Below are positions 9,158-18,878 of a DNA stretch of 56,812 nucleotides, piece after piece. The position numbers and the translations under genes were made by a program. The notes beneath the pieces were generated by a model. It saw only the letters and a list, made by a program, of their open reading frames with translations, was not told the DNA's origin and ran no database searches. This DNA comes from Gammaproteobacteria bacterium (lineage in GTDB: Bacteria > Pseudomonadota > Gammaproteobacteria > Burkholderiales > SG8-39): the NCBI GenBank assembly GCA_041496745.1, contig JBGQFF010000003.1, positions 1-56,812 on the forward strand, in the 5' to 3' direction. The first letter of the stretch is position 1. Each line of letters begins with the position of its first letter.

Positions 9158-10510
9158 ATGGCCGCACACCTGCACATTCTGGGAATTTGCGGCACCTTCA
9201 TGGGCGGCCTCGCCGCGGTCGCGCGGCAGGCGGGTTTCCGCGTCACCGGCTGCGATGCCAATGTCTATCCGCCGATGAGCGAGCAACTCAAGGCGCTCGG
9301 CATCGAACTGATCGAAGGCTACGGCAAGGAACAGATGGCGCTCGCGCCAGACGTCTGGGTGGTGGGCAACGTGGTGGCGCGCGGCAATCCCCTCATGGAG
9401 GCGATCCTTGATTCCGGCGCGCGCTACGTCTCCGGGCCGCAGTGGCTCGCCGAGCAGGTGCTTCGTGGGCGCCATGTGCTCGCGGTGGCCGGAACCCACG
9501 GCAAGACCGCCACTGCCTCGATGCTCGCCTGGATCCTCGAACACGCCGGCTGCAAGCCGGGCTTCCTGATCGGCGGGCTGCCTTCCAACTTCGGCATCTC
9601 GGCACGCCTGGAGGAGGGTCCCCTGTTCGTGATCGAGGCGGACGAATACGACACTGCCTTCTTCGATAAGCGCTCCAAATTCGTGCATTACCGGCCTAGG
9701 ACCGCAATCCTGAACAATCTTGAGTTTGATCACGCTGACATCTTCTGCGATCTTGCAGACATCGAGCGCCAATTTCACCATTTCGTGCGAATCGTCCCGA
9801 GTAACGGCCGCCTCGTCGTAAATGGAAGGGACGAAGCCCTGAAGCGAGTGCTCACAAAGGGCTGCTGGACCCCGGTCGAACGCTTCGGGGTGGACGAGGG
9901 TTGGCAGGCTGGGCCGCCCGACCTCGACGGCGGATTCGACGTCCAGCTCGAGGGCAGGGTGCTTGGCCGGGTGCATTGGACCCAACCCGGGGAGTACAAC
10001 CGCCACAACGCCCTGGCGGCCATCGCGGCCGCACGCCATGCCGGGGTCGCGCCGGCAGCGGCGATCGGCGCACTGGCGCAGTTCAAAGGGGTGCGGCGCC
10101 GCATGGAGCAAAGGGGCACGGCGCGCGGCGTCACCGTCTACGACGATTTCGCGCACCACCCGACGGCCATCCGCGTCACGCTGGAAGGGTTGCGCGCCCA
10201 GGCGGGCAATTCGCGCATCCTGGCCGTGCTCGAGCCGCGCTCCAACACCATGAAGCAGGGCGTGATGAAGGACCAGCTGCCGGCGAGCCTCGCCGCCGCC
10301 GACCGCGTGTTCGTGTATAGCGCCGGCCTGGGCTGGGACGCGGCGGCCGCGCTGCGGCCGCTGGGGGACCGCGCGCGCTGCTTCGAGCAGTTCGATGCCC
10401 TGGTGGCGGCGATCGCCGCCGAGGCGCGTGCGGGCGACCGGGTGCTGGTGATGTCCAATGGGGGCTTCGGCGGCATCCATGAAAAGCTGCTCGCGGCGCT
10501 CGGCCGATGA
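9158..10510 (+). CDS. mpl: UDP-N-acetylmuramate:L-alanyl-gamma-D-glutamyl-meso-diaminopimelate ligase
   Basis: HILGICGTFMGG, AGTHGKT, EADEYDTAFFDKRSKF, DDFAHHPTAI, MSNGGFGGIH. Confidence 0.95.
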   Translation: MAAHLHILGICGTFMGGLAAVARQAGFRVTGCDANVYPPMSEQLKALGIELIEGYGKEQMALAPDVWVVGNVVARGNPLMEAILDSGARYVSGPQWLAEQVLRGRHVLAVAGTHGKTATASMLAWILEHAGCKPGFLIGGLPSNFGISARLEEGPLFVIEADEYDTAFFDKRSKFVHYRPRTAILNNLEFDHADIFCDLADIERQFHHFVRIVPSNGRLVVNGRDEALKRVLTKGCWTPVERFGVDEGWQAGPPDLDGGFDVQLEGRVLGRVHWTQPGEYNRHNALAAIAAARHAGVAPAAAIGALAQFKGVRRRMEQRGTARGVTVYDDFAHHPTAIRVTLEGLRAQAGNSRILAVLEPRSNTMKQGVMKDQLPASLAAADRVFVYSAGLGWDAAAALRPLGDRARCFEQFDALVAAIAAEARAGDRVLVMSNGGFGGIHEKLLAALGR

Positions 10511-11079
10511 TCATCTACCTGCACGGCTTCAATTCTTCGCCGCAGTCGCACAAGGCGCAGGTCCTCGGCAGGTTCATGCAAGAGCGGGGGCTCGGCGCGC
10601 ACTACGCCTGCCCGGCGCTGCCGCCGCTTGCTGGCGATGCGATCATGGAGATCGAGCGCCTTCGACCGGACCGCGAACCCTGCTATGTGGGCTCCTCGCT
10701 CGGCGGCTACTACGCGACTTACCTGGTCGAGAAGTACGGCGGCCGTGCCGCGCTGGTCAACCCGGCGATCGAGCCTCACGTCGGCTTGCGCGCCTATCTC
10801 GGTCCGCAGACTAACCTGCACACCGGCGAGCCCTACCAGCTGACCGAGGCCCATCTGCGCGAGTGGCAGAAACTCTGGGCGCCGCGCATCACCCCGTCGC
10901 GCTACCTGCTGATCGTCGAGACCGGCGACGAGGTGCTCGACTACCGCAAGGCGGTCGAACGCTATGCCGGCGCGGCCCAGGTGGTGATCGAGGGCGGAGA
11001 CCACTCGCTGCTGTCCTTCCCCCAGCACCTGCCGCGCATCCTCGAGTTCGCCGGCCTGCGCGCCGCGCACGTGGCCTGA
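10507..11079 (+). CDS. yqiA: YqiA/YcfP family alpha/beta hydrolase (esterase)
   Basis: YLHGFNSSPQS, GSSLGG, GDEVLD, GGDHS. Confidence 0.88.
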   Translation: MIIYLHGFNSSPQSHKAQVLGRFMQERGLGAHYACPALPPLAGDAIMEIERLRPDREPCYVGSSLGGYYATYLVEKYGGRAALVNPAIEPHVGLRAYLGPQTNLHTGEPYQLTEAHLREWQKLWAPRITPSRYLLIVETGDEVLDYRKAVERYAGAAQVVIEGGDHSLLSFPQHLPRILEFAGLRAAHVA

Positions 11080-11080
11080 G

Positions 11081-12958
11081 ATGCACCTGCTCTACGAGGA
11101 GGACGGCGAGTTCAAGGTCGGGACGGTGCTCGCGCAGGCGCCAGCCTCGTTCCAGGTGGAAAGTCCCCACGGGAGGCGCTCCAAGATCAAGGCGGCGAAT
11201 GTGCTGCTCAATTTCGAACGCCCGGGCGCGGCGGAACTGTTCGCCGCCGCCCAGGCCTACGCCGCGGGGCTCGACACCGATTTCCTGTGGCAGTGTTGCG
11301 GCAGCGGCGAGTTCCGCTTCCAGGACCTGGCGCGGGAATACGTCGGCCGCGAAGCGGGTCCGGCCGAAGCCGCGGGCGTGCTGCTGAAGCTGCAGTCGGC
11401 GCCGATGCATTTCCATCGCCGCGGCCGCGGCCGCTACCAGGCGGCCCCCGCGGAGACGCTCAGGCTCGCGCTGGCCTCCGCCGAGAAAAAGCAGCGCGTG
11501 CTCGCGCAGATCGCGGACTGGGCCGCGCAGCTCGCGCGCTTCGAGTGCCCGCCCGAAATCGAGCGGCTGAAGGACGAATTGCTCTATGCGCCCGACCGCA
11601 ACAAGCCGCAGACCAAGGCTTTCGAGCAGGCCTGCGCGAAGACGGGGCTTTCGGGCGCGCGCCTGTTCGAGCGCTGCGGCAAGCTCGCTGACACGCACGC
11701 CTACCACCTGAACCGCTTCTTGTACGAATTCTTCCCGCACGGCGCGGCGTTCCCGCCGCACGAGCCGCCGTCGCCGCCCGGCGGCCTGCCGCTGGCCGAG
11801 GTCGAGGCCTTCAGCCTGGACGATGCCGACACCACCGAGATCGACGACGCGTTCTCCCTCCAGCGCGTATCGGCGGAGGAATGGCGCGTCGGCATCCACA
11901 TCGCCGCGCCGGGGCTCGCCTTCGCGCCGGGCTCGGCGCTCGACGCCATCGCGCGCGATCGGCTGTCCACCGCCTACATGCCGGGGCGGAAATTCACCAT
12001 GCTGCCCGAAGACGCCATCGCCGCCTGCTCGCTGGATGCGGGCACGGAGCGCGCAGCCGTATCGCTGTACGTGAACGTGTCGGCCGGGGATTTCACGGTG
12101 CGCGCACGCCACTCGCGGCTGGAGCGCGTGCGCATTGCGGCCAACCTGCGCCACGGCGAGATCGAGGCGCTCAACGCGGCGTTCGAGGAGGGAAGGAGCG
12201 TGGGGTTGCCGCGCGAGGACGAGCTGCGCACGCTGTGGCGCCTGGCCGAGGCGCTGGAGCGGCGCCGCGGCAAGCCGAGCGTCAACGCGGCGGTCCTGGA
12301 CTACATCTTTCGCGTGGAGCAGGGCAGGGTGCGCATCGAGCCGCGCCGGCGCGGCGCGCCGCTCGACAAGCTGGTCGCCGAAATGATGATCCTCGCCAAC
12401 ACCGCCTGGGGCGAGCTGCTCGCCGAGCGCGACGTGGCGGCGCTGTATCGCGTGCAGTCCTCCGGCAAGGTGCGCATGAGCGTGCACCCGGAAGCGCACG
12501 AGGGCCTCGGCGTGGCCTGCTACGCCTGGAGCAGTTCGCCGCTGCGCCGCTACGTCGACCTCGTCAACCAGTGGCAGCTCGCCGCCGCGATCAGCGGGCG
12601 CAAGGCGCCGTTCGCGCGCAGCTCGGAAACGCTGCTCTCGGCGCTGCGCGCCTTCGAAGTCACTTACGCGCGCTACGACGAGCACCAGCGCGCGATGGAG
12701 AACTACTGGTGCCTGCGCTGGTTGCTGCAGGAAGGCGTTGCCGAGGCGGACGCGGTGGTGCTGCGCGAGAACCTGGTGCGCTTCGAGAAATTGCCGCTCA
12801 CGGCACGCGTGCCCTCACTGCCCGCGCTCGACGCGGGCATGCGCGTGCGCCTGGCGGTCGGCGAGGTGGACCTGATCGAGCGCAGCGTGGCCTGCGTCTA
12901 TCGCGAGACCCTCGGCCCAGGGGCAGCGGTGGTCGCCGACGAGCAGGGGGAACGCTAA
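11081..12958 (+). CDS. RNB-domain exoribonuclease (RNase II/R family)
   Basis: SLDDADTTEIDDAFS catalytic motif, SSPLRRYVDLVNQ. Confidence 0.9.
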   Translation: MHLLYEEDGEFKVGTVLAQAPASFQVESPHGRRSKIKAANVLLNFERPGAAELFAAAQAYAAGLDTDFLWQCCGSGEFRFQDLAREYVGREAGPAEAAGVLLKLQSAPMHFHRRGRGRYQAAPAETLRLALASAEKKQRVLAQIADWAAQLARFECPPEIERLKDELLYAPDRNKPQTKAFEQACAKTGLSGARLFERCGKLADTHAYHLNRFLYEFFPHGAAFPPHEPPSPPGGLPLAEVEAFSLDDADTTEIDDAFSLQRVSAEEWRVGIHIAAPGLAFAPGSALDAIARDRLSTAYMPGRKFTMLPEDAIAACSLDAGTERAAVSLYVNVSAGDFTVRARHSRLERVRIAANLRHGEIEALNAAFEEGRSVGLPREDELRTLWRLAEALERRRGKPSVNAAVLDYIFRVEQGRVRIEPRRRGAPLDKLVAEMMILANTAWGELLAERDVAALYRVQSSGKVRMSVHPEAHEGLGVACYAWSSSPLRRYVDLVNQWQLAAAISGRKAPFARSSETLLSALRAFEVTYARYDEHQRAMENYWCLRWLLQEGVAEADAVVLRENLVRFEKLPLTARVPSLPALDAGMRVRLAVGEVDLIERSVACVYRETLGPGAAVVADEQGER

Positions 12959-12967
12959 AGCCCTAGA

Positions 12968-13909
12968 ATGACGGCGTTTTATCGCCTCGAGGTGCCATTG
13001 CAGGGAGCGCTTGCGACACGCATGCCGGGCTCGGCCGAGTTCTGGGCCGGGCTCGACCGCCGGTCCCGCGTGCTCCGCGCGTCGGTGGCGGCTTCGCTCC
13101 TGCTGCACGCCATCCTGCTCTCGGTGCACTTCAGGTTTCCCAACGAGCCGCGCTGGAAAAGCGCCAACCAGCCGCTCGACGTGATCCTGGTAAACGCCAA
13201 GTCGCGCCAGCGCCCGGGCAAGGCCGACGCCCTGGCGCAGAACCACCTCGACGGCGGCGGCGAGACCGACCAGAACCGGCGCGCCCGCTCGCCGCTGCCG
13301 GTGATCGACCCGCGCAACCCGGGGCGCGACCTGGCGCAGGCGCAGCGCCGCGTGAAGGCACTCGAGGCCCAGCAGCGCAAGCTCATCGCGCAGGCGCACC
13401 GCTCGCGCGCCAGCGTGACGCCGGAGGCCGAGCGCCGCGCGCCTGCCGACGAGCCGACGCCGCAGGTTTCCGGCCGCGACCTTGCCGACCTGTCGCTCGC
13501 GGCGATGCGGCTGCAGGCGCAGATCGACCGCCAGCTGGATGCCTACCAGAAGCGCCCGCGCAAGAAGTTCCTCGGCGCCTCCGCCGTGGAGTACCGCTAT
13601 GCCCAGTACGAGGAGGACTGGCGCCAGAAGGTGGAGCGCGTGGGCACGGTGAACTACCCGGCGGCGGCGCGTGGCAAGCTCTACGGCAACCTGCGCATGA
13701 CCGTGACCCTGCGTCCCGACGGCAACGTCGAGTCAATCGAGCTGGACCGCTCCTCCGGCCTCAAGGTGCTCGACGATGCGGCGTTCAGGATCGTGCGCAT
13801 GGCCTCGCCCTACGCGGTGTTCCCGCCCGACATCCGCCGCGACACCGACCTGCTGGTGATCACGCGCACCTGGTTCTTCGGCCGCGGCGACAAGCTCTGG
13901 ACCGAGTGA
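12968..13909 (+). CDS. TonB C-terminal domain protein (start uncertain; TTG 12998 or ATG 13021 possible)
   Basis: SLLLHAILL TM anchor, C-terminal NYP...RSSG.KVLDDAA..IVRMASPY; lies between the RNB gene and aroE. Confidence 0.82.
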   Translation: MTAFYRLEVPLQGALATRMPGSAEFWAGLDRRSRVLRASVAASLLLHAILLSVHFRFPNEPRWKSANQPLDVILVNAKSRQRPGKADALAQNHLDGGGETDQNRRARSPLPVIDPRNPGRDLAQAQRRVKALEAQQRKLIAQAHRSRASVTPEAERRAPADEPTPQVSGRDLADLSLAAMRLQAQIDRQLDAYQKRPRKKFLGASAVEYRYAQYEEDWRQKVERVGTVNYPAAARGKLYGNLRMTVTLRPDGNVESIELDRSSGLKVLDDAAFRIVRMASPYAVFPPDIRRDTDLLVITRTWFFGRGDKLWTE

Positions 13910-13910
13910 A

Positions 13911-14711
13911 GTGCCGGACCGCTACGCGGTAATCGGCAACCCGGTTACCCACTCCAAGTCTCCCTGGATCCACGCGCAGTTCGCGCGCGCCACGGGCGAG
14001 GACATCGAGTACGGCAGGCTGGAAGCACCGGTGGAGGGCTTCATGCGCGCCGTGGAAGCCTTCCGCGCGCAGGGCGGCAAGGGCCTCAACGTCACGCTGC
14101 CGTTCAAGGAGCAGGCCTTCCGCTTTTGCGCCGGCACGAGCGAGCGCGCCGCCGCCGCGCAGGCGGTGAACACGCTGGTGCTCGACCGCGGCAAGCCCTG
14201 GGGCGACAACACCGACGGCGTCGGCCTGGTGCGCGACCTCACCGCCAACCTCGGCCGCAGGCTCTCCGGCGCGCGCGTCCTGCTGATGGGCGCGGGCGGC
14301 GCGGCGCAAGGCGTGATCGCGCCGCTCGCGAGCGAAGGACCGGCGGGCATCGTCGTCGCCAACCGCACCCTGCCCAGGGCGCAGTCGCTCGCGGCGCGCG
14401 CTGCGGGCGTCGTCGCCTGCGGGTTTGATGCGCTCGCCGGCCAGGCTTTCGACTTGGTGATCAACGCGACGTCCGCGGGATTGCGCGGCGAGCTGCCGCC
14501 GCTGCCGCAGGGATTGTTCCGCCCGGGCGCGCTCGCCTACGACATGGTCTACGGCCGCGACACCGAGTTCCTCGCCATGGCACGCGCTGCCGGCGCCGCG
14601 ACGAGCGACGGCCTGGGCATGCTGGTCGAGCAGGCCGCGGAGTCGTTTCTGCTCTGGCGCGGTATCCGGCCGGAAACCGGCGCGGTACTGGCCGCGCTCA
14701 GGGCGCAATGA
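13911..14711 (+). CDS. aroE: Shikimate dehydrogenase
   Basis: GNPVTHSKSPWIH, NVTLPFK, DNTDG, GAGGAA, GLGMLVEQAAESF. Confidence 0.95.
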   Translation: MPDRYAVIGNPVTHSKSPWIHAQFARATGEDIEYGRLEAPVEGFMRAVEAFRAQGGKGLNVTLPFKEQAFRFCAGTSERAAAAQAVNTLVLDRGKPWGDNTDGVGLVRDLTANLGRRLSGARVLLMGAGGAAQGVIAPLASEGPAGIVVANRTLPRAQSLAARAAGVVACGFDALAGQAFDLVINATSAGLRGELPPLPQGLFRPGALAYDMVYGRDTEFLAMARAAGAATSDGLGMLVEQAAESFLLWRGIRPETGAVLAALRAQ

Positions 14712-15391
14712 AGCGCCTCGGCTGGATGCTCGCGGCACTCGTCGCGGGAGTGCTGCTGGTGCAGGCCTGGTTCTACTCCCACATCCTGTGGTGGGCGCGC
14801 GAGGCGCCGGCCGCCACTGCCTTCATGGACCGGCGGCTGGAGCAGCTGCGCGCGAAGAACCCGAACGCGGTCCTGCGCCACCAGTGGGTGCCCTACGCGC
14901 GCATGTCGCAGGAGCTCAAGCGCGCGGTAATCGCCGCCGAGGATGCGAAGTTCATCGACCACGAGGGTTTCGACTGGGAGGCGATCCAGAAGGCGATGGA
15001 GAAGAACGAGAAAAAGGGCAAGGTGGTGTCCGGCGCCTCGACCATCAGCCAGCAGCTCGCCAAGAACCTGTTCCTGTCGGGCGAGCGCAGCTGGCTGCGC
15101 AAGGCGCAGGAAGCAATGATCACCGCGATGCTCGAACACGCCATGAGCAAGCGCCGCATTCTCGAGCTGTACCTGAACTTCGCCGAATGGGGTGAGGGGG
15201 TGTTCGGCGCGGAGGCCGCCGCGCGCCACCACTTCGGCGTCCCGGCGCAGGCGCTCGACGCCGAGCAGGCGGCCTGGCTGGCGGCGACCCTGCCGAGCCC
15301 GCGCCGGTATCAGCGCGGCCAGCGCACCCCCTACCTGGAAAGCCGCATCGCGACAATCCGCTCGCACATGCAGTACGCGCAGATCCCCTGA
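14708..15391 (+). CDS. mtgA: Monofunctional peptidoglycan transglycosylase
   Basis: AVIAAEDAKF, GASTISQQLAKNLFL, RKAQE, ILELYLN. Confidence 0.93.
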   Translation: MKRLGWMLAALVAGVLLVQAWFYSHILWWAREAPAATAFMDRRLEQLRAKNPNAVLRHQWVPYARMSQELKRAVIAAEDAKFIDHEGFDWEAIQKAMEKNEKKGKVVSGASTISQQLAKNLFLSGERSWLRKAQEAMITAMLEHAMSKRRILELYLNFAEWGEGVFGAEAAARHHFGVPAQALDAEQAAWLAATLPSPRRYQRGQRTPYLESRIATIRSHMQYAQIP

Positions 15392-15398
15392 TGAGGAG

Positions 15399-15998
15399 CT
15401 AAGAACCGCGGCCTGAGCCGGGCGCCTTCGGCGCGGCGAGCGCGGCGGCGAGCAGACGGCGTGCGCTGACCAGCTGGGATTTCAATGCGTAGTCGAACAA
15501 CCCCGCACGCTCGGCGAGCAGCGCGCCGGTGATGCTCGAGGGGCTGGCCGGCGGCAGCGCGAGGTGCGCGTCGGCTTCACCGCTCGCGGCAGCGATGCGC
15601 ATGCCCTGCTTGCGCGCGAGGTGCATCATCGCCGCGTTCTCCGACAGGCAGTGCATGAACAGCATGCCGATGCCCCAGTTGCGCGCGTGCAGGTGTGCGC
15701 GCTCGAGCAGCGCGCCGCCGATGCCGCGCCCGCGGTGCGCGGGCAGCACCGAGACGCCGAGCTCGGCATGGTCCTCGGCGCGCGCGAGGTGCGCCGCGCC
15801 CGCCAGGTTGAGTTCGTCGTCGAACACGCCGAACAGCGCGTCGCGCCCGAAATCAATGCGCTCGACGTAGTCGGCGACCGAGGCGTCCGCAATGGGCTGG
15901 CCGAAGCGCAGCCGCCGGTCCTCGGCGCCGAGCGCGAGGAAATGCGCGGCGAGCTTGCCGCGCTCCAGCCTGGAGAGCTCGCGGGCGACTATCGGCAC
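15399..15998 (-). CDS. GNAT family N-acetyltransferase
   Basis: [24 protein letters not shown] (motif A), [11 protein letters not shown]; GTG start overlaps the hemL 3' end. Confidence 0.82.
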   Translation of the reverse strand: MPIVARELSRLERGKLAAHFLALGAEDRRLRFGQPIADASVADYVERIDFGRDALFGVFDDELNLAGAAHLARAEDHAELGVSVLPAHRGRGIGGALLERAHLHARNWGIGMLFMHCLSENAAMMHLARKQGMRIAAASGEADAHLALPPASPSSITGALLAERAGLFDYALKSQLVSARRLLAAALAAPKAPGSGRGS

Positions 15999-17272
15999 AG
16001 GTTGAACGCCTCGCGGGCGGCGGCTAGCGTTTCCTCGATCTCGCGCGCGCCGTGCGCCGCGGACACGAAGCCCGCTTCGTAGGCCGAAGGCGCCAGGTAC
16101 ACGCCGCAGGTCAGCATTGCATGGAAGAAGCGATTGAAGCGCTCGCGGTCGCATAACATCACTTCGGCGAAGCTGCGCGGCGGCGCGGCGCGGAAGTAGA
16201 CGCCGAACATGCTGCCGATGGATTGCGACGAGAACGTGACGCCGGCGCGCTTTGCCTCGGCGGCGAGGCCCTCGACGAGCTTGCGCGTCGTTGCTTCGAT
16301 GCGCTCCTGGAAGCCCGGCGTGTCCACCAGCTTGAGCGTGGCGAGGCCGGCGGCGACTGCCACCGGGTTCCCGGAGAGCGTGCCCGCCTGGTACACGGGG
16401 CCGAGCGGGGCGATCTTCTGCATGATCTCGCGCTTGCCCCCCACCGCCGCTAGCGGCATCCCCCCGCCGATTACCTTTCCAAGTGTTGTCAGATCCGGTC
16501 GCATGCCATAGCGCGCCTGGGCACCGCCCAGGGCGACGCGAAAGCCGGTCATCACCTCGTCGAAGATGAGCACCGCGCCGTGGCGCGTGCACTGCTCGCG
16601 CAGCGTTTCGAGGAATTCGTGCACCGGCAATACCAGGTTCATGTTCCCGGCGACCGGCTCGACGATCACGCCGGCGATCTGCGGACCTTGCCTGTCGAAG
16701 AGCGCTTTCACCTGCGCCGCATCGTTGTAGTCGAGCACTAGCGTGTGCGCCGCGGTCTGCGCCGGCACGCCCGCAGAGCTCGGGTTGCCGAAGGTCAGCG
16801 CGCCCGAGCCCGCTTTCACCAGCAGCGCATCGGCGTGGCCGTGGTAGCACCCTTCGAACTTGACGATGAGGTCCCTGCCCGTGTGGCCGCGCGCGAGCCG
16901 TATCGCCGTCATGGTTGCCTCAGTGCCCGAAGAGAGGAGCCGTACCAGTTCCATCGAGGGCACCAGGCGGCACAGCATCTCCGCCAGCTCCACCTCCGCC
17001 TCGGTCGGCGCGCCGAAGGACAGCGCGCGCGAGGCAGCCGCCTGTACCGCTTCGACCACGGCGGGGTGCGTGTGCCCGGCCACCATCGGGCCCCAGGAGC
17101 CGAGGTAGTCGATGTAGCGCTTGCCGTCCACATCCCACAGGTGCGCGCCGGAGGCGCGCTCCAGGAACGGCGGCGTGCCGCCGACGGCGCGGAAAGCGCG
17201 CACTGGCGAGTTCACGCCCGCGGGGATGCGCAGCAGCGCGCGCTGGAAAAGTTGGTCGTTACGCGATGCCAT
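15989..17272 (-). CDS. hemL: Glutamate-1-semialdehyde 2,1-aminomutase
   Basis: [45 protein letters not shown]. Confidence 0.96.
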   Translation of the reverse strand: MASRNDQLFQRALLRIPAGVNSPVRAFRAVGGTPPFLERASGAHLWDVDGKRYIDYLGSWGPMVAGHTHPAVVEAVQAAASRALSFGAPTEAEVELAEMLCRLVPSMELVRLLSSGTEATMTAIRLARGHTGRDLIVKFEGCYHGHADALLVKAGSGALTFGNPSSAGVPAQTAAHTLVLDYNDAAQVKALFDRQGPQIAGVIVEPVAGNMNLVLPVHEFLETLREQCTRHGAVLIFDEVMTGFRVALGGAQARYGMRPDLTTLGKVIGGGMPLAAVGGKREIMQKIAPLGPVYQAGTLSGNPVAVAAGLATLKLVDTPGFQERIEATTRKLVEGLAAEAKRAGVTFSSQSIGSMFGVYFRAAPPRSFAEVMLCDRERFNRFFHAMLTCGVYLAPSAYEAGFVSAAHGAREIEETLAAAREAFNLCR

Positions 17273-17858
17273 GGGCGAACACCTTAGCGTATTCCCGCGC
17301 GCGCGCGGCGACATCCGGCGCGTCGAACAGGTCGGAGAGGACCGCCACGGCGTCGGCGCCGGCGGCGACCAGCTGCGGGGCGTTCTGCGCAGTGATGCCG
17401 CCGATCGCGACCTTCGGCACGCCGAGATCGTGCCCGAACAGCGCGAGCGGCGCGCGCACCGCGCCGGGCTTGGTGGGGGAGGCGAACACCGAGCCGAAGG
17501 CGACGTAGTCGGCGCCCGCGGCGACGGCGCGGCGAGCGAGCTCGAGGCGGTCGTAGCAGGAGGCGCCGAGGATGCACCCGGGCAGCCGCGCGCGCGCCGC
17601 GGCGAGGTCGCCGTCCTCGATCCCCAGGTGCAGTCCCTCGGCGCCGACCTCGAGCGCGAGCTCCAGGTCGTCGTTGATGATGAGCGGCACACCGTGCCGG
17701 CGGCAAAGCTGCGCCAATGCGCGTGCCTCCGCGATACGCCGCGCCGCGGGCGCGGACTTGTTGCGATACTGGAGCGCGCATAGCGCGCCCGAGGCCACCG
17801 CGTCGGCGACGCGCCCGATGTCTTCCGGCGTAATGGCGTAAAGCCCGCGCAGTTTCAT
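17259..17858 (-). CDS. thiE: Thiamine-phosphate synthase
   Basis: [39 protein letters not shown]. Confidence 0.92.
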   Translation of the reverse strand: MKLRGLYAITPEDIGRVADAVASGALCALQYRNKSAPAARRIAEARALAQLCRRHGVPLIINDDLELALEVGAEGLHLGIEDGDLAAARARLPGCILGASCYDRLELARRAVAAGADYVAFGSVFASPTKPGAVRAPLALFGHDLGVPKVAIGGITAQNAPQLVAAGADAVAVLSDLFDAPDVAARAREYAKVFAHGIA

Positions 17859-18601
17859 CGCCAAGGAAGGTGCTGGCCGCTGCCGGGCTTGAAGCCGCGC
17901 TCGAGCGCGCGCCAGGTGAAATCCTGCGCCGCGCGCACCGCTTCGGGTACCGCATCACCCTGCGCAAGCCGCGCCGCGATCGCCGAGGCGAGAGTGCAGC
18001 CCGAGCCGTGGTAGCTGCCGGGCAGGCGCGGCCAGCGGTCTTCGCGCACCGCGCCGGCCGCGCCGTAGAGCGTGTTCACCACCTCGGGGGTGTCGGCGTG
18101 CGTGCCGGTGAGCAGCACGTACTTGCAGCCGCGCGCGAGGCAATCGGCGACGCCGCCGAGCGCGCGCGCCTCCAGCGTGTTCGGCGTCAGCACGGTGGTG
18201 CGCGGCAGCAGGTGCTCGCGCAGGGCGGCAAGCACCGCCGCATCGGCGAGCGGGTCGCCGCGCCCCGAGGCGAGCACCGGGTCGAGCACCACGGGAACGC
18301 GGGGGTGCTGGGCGAGGATCGCGGCAATCGCCGCGGCGTTGGCTGCGCTGGCGACGACGCCGACCTTGAATGCCGCGACCCGCAGCTCGTCGAGCAGACA
18401 TTGCGCCTGCTCGGCGACGAGCCGCGCGTCGAGCGCCTGCAGGCGGCTTACGCCGTGTGTATCCTGCACGGTGAGCGCGGTGAGCACCGACAGCGGATGG
18501 CAACCGAGCGCGGCGAGCGTGAGCACGTCGGCCTGCAAGCCCGCGCCCCCGGTCGGATCGGCGGCGGCGAAACTGAGCACCAGCGGAGGAGCGAAAGGCA
18601 T
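17855..18601 (-). CDS. thiD: Hydroxymethylpyrimidine/phosphomethylpyrimidine kinase
   Basis: DPTGGAGLQAD, VLDPVLASG, TPNTLEA, YHGSGCTLASA. Confidence 0.9.
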   Translation of the reverse strand: MPFAPPLVLSFAAADPTGGAGLQADVLTLAALGCHPLSVLTALTVQDTHGVSRLQALDARLVAEQAQCLLDELRVAAFKVGVVASAANAAAIAAILAQHPRVPVVLDPVLASGRGDPLADAAVLAALREHLLPRTTVLTPNTLEARALGGVADCLARGCKYVLLTGTHADTPEVVNTLYGAAGAVREDRWPRLPGSYHGSGCTLASAIAARLAQGDAVPEAVRAAQDFTWRALERGFKPGSGQHLPWR

Positions 18602-18676
18602 GGGGGCGCGGCGCGGCCGCGCCGCGGAATGAGCTAAGATGCCGCACGATTTTAACTCAGCCCTCGCCACCGACGG

Positions 18677-18862
18677 ATGACCGAGAACCAAGTGCAGTAC
18701 AAGACCTGGATGTGCCTGATTTGCGGGTACGTGTACGACGAAGCCGCCGGGGTGCCGGACGAGGGAATTGCGCCGGGCACGCGCTGGGAGGACTTGCCCA
18801 TCAACTGGACCTGCCCGGAATGCGGCGCGCGCAAGGAAGATTTCGAGATGCTCGCGGTCTGA
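18677..18862 (+). CDS. Rubredoxin
   Basis: WMCLICGYVYDE...PGTRWEDLP.NWTCPECG. Confidence 0.95.
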   Translation: MTENQVQYKTWMCLICGYVYDEAAGVPDEGIAPGTRWEDLPINWTCPECGARKEDFEMLAV

Positions 18863-18878
18863 GCGCGCGCCGGCGCGC

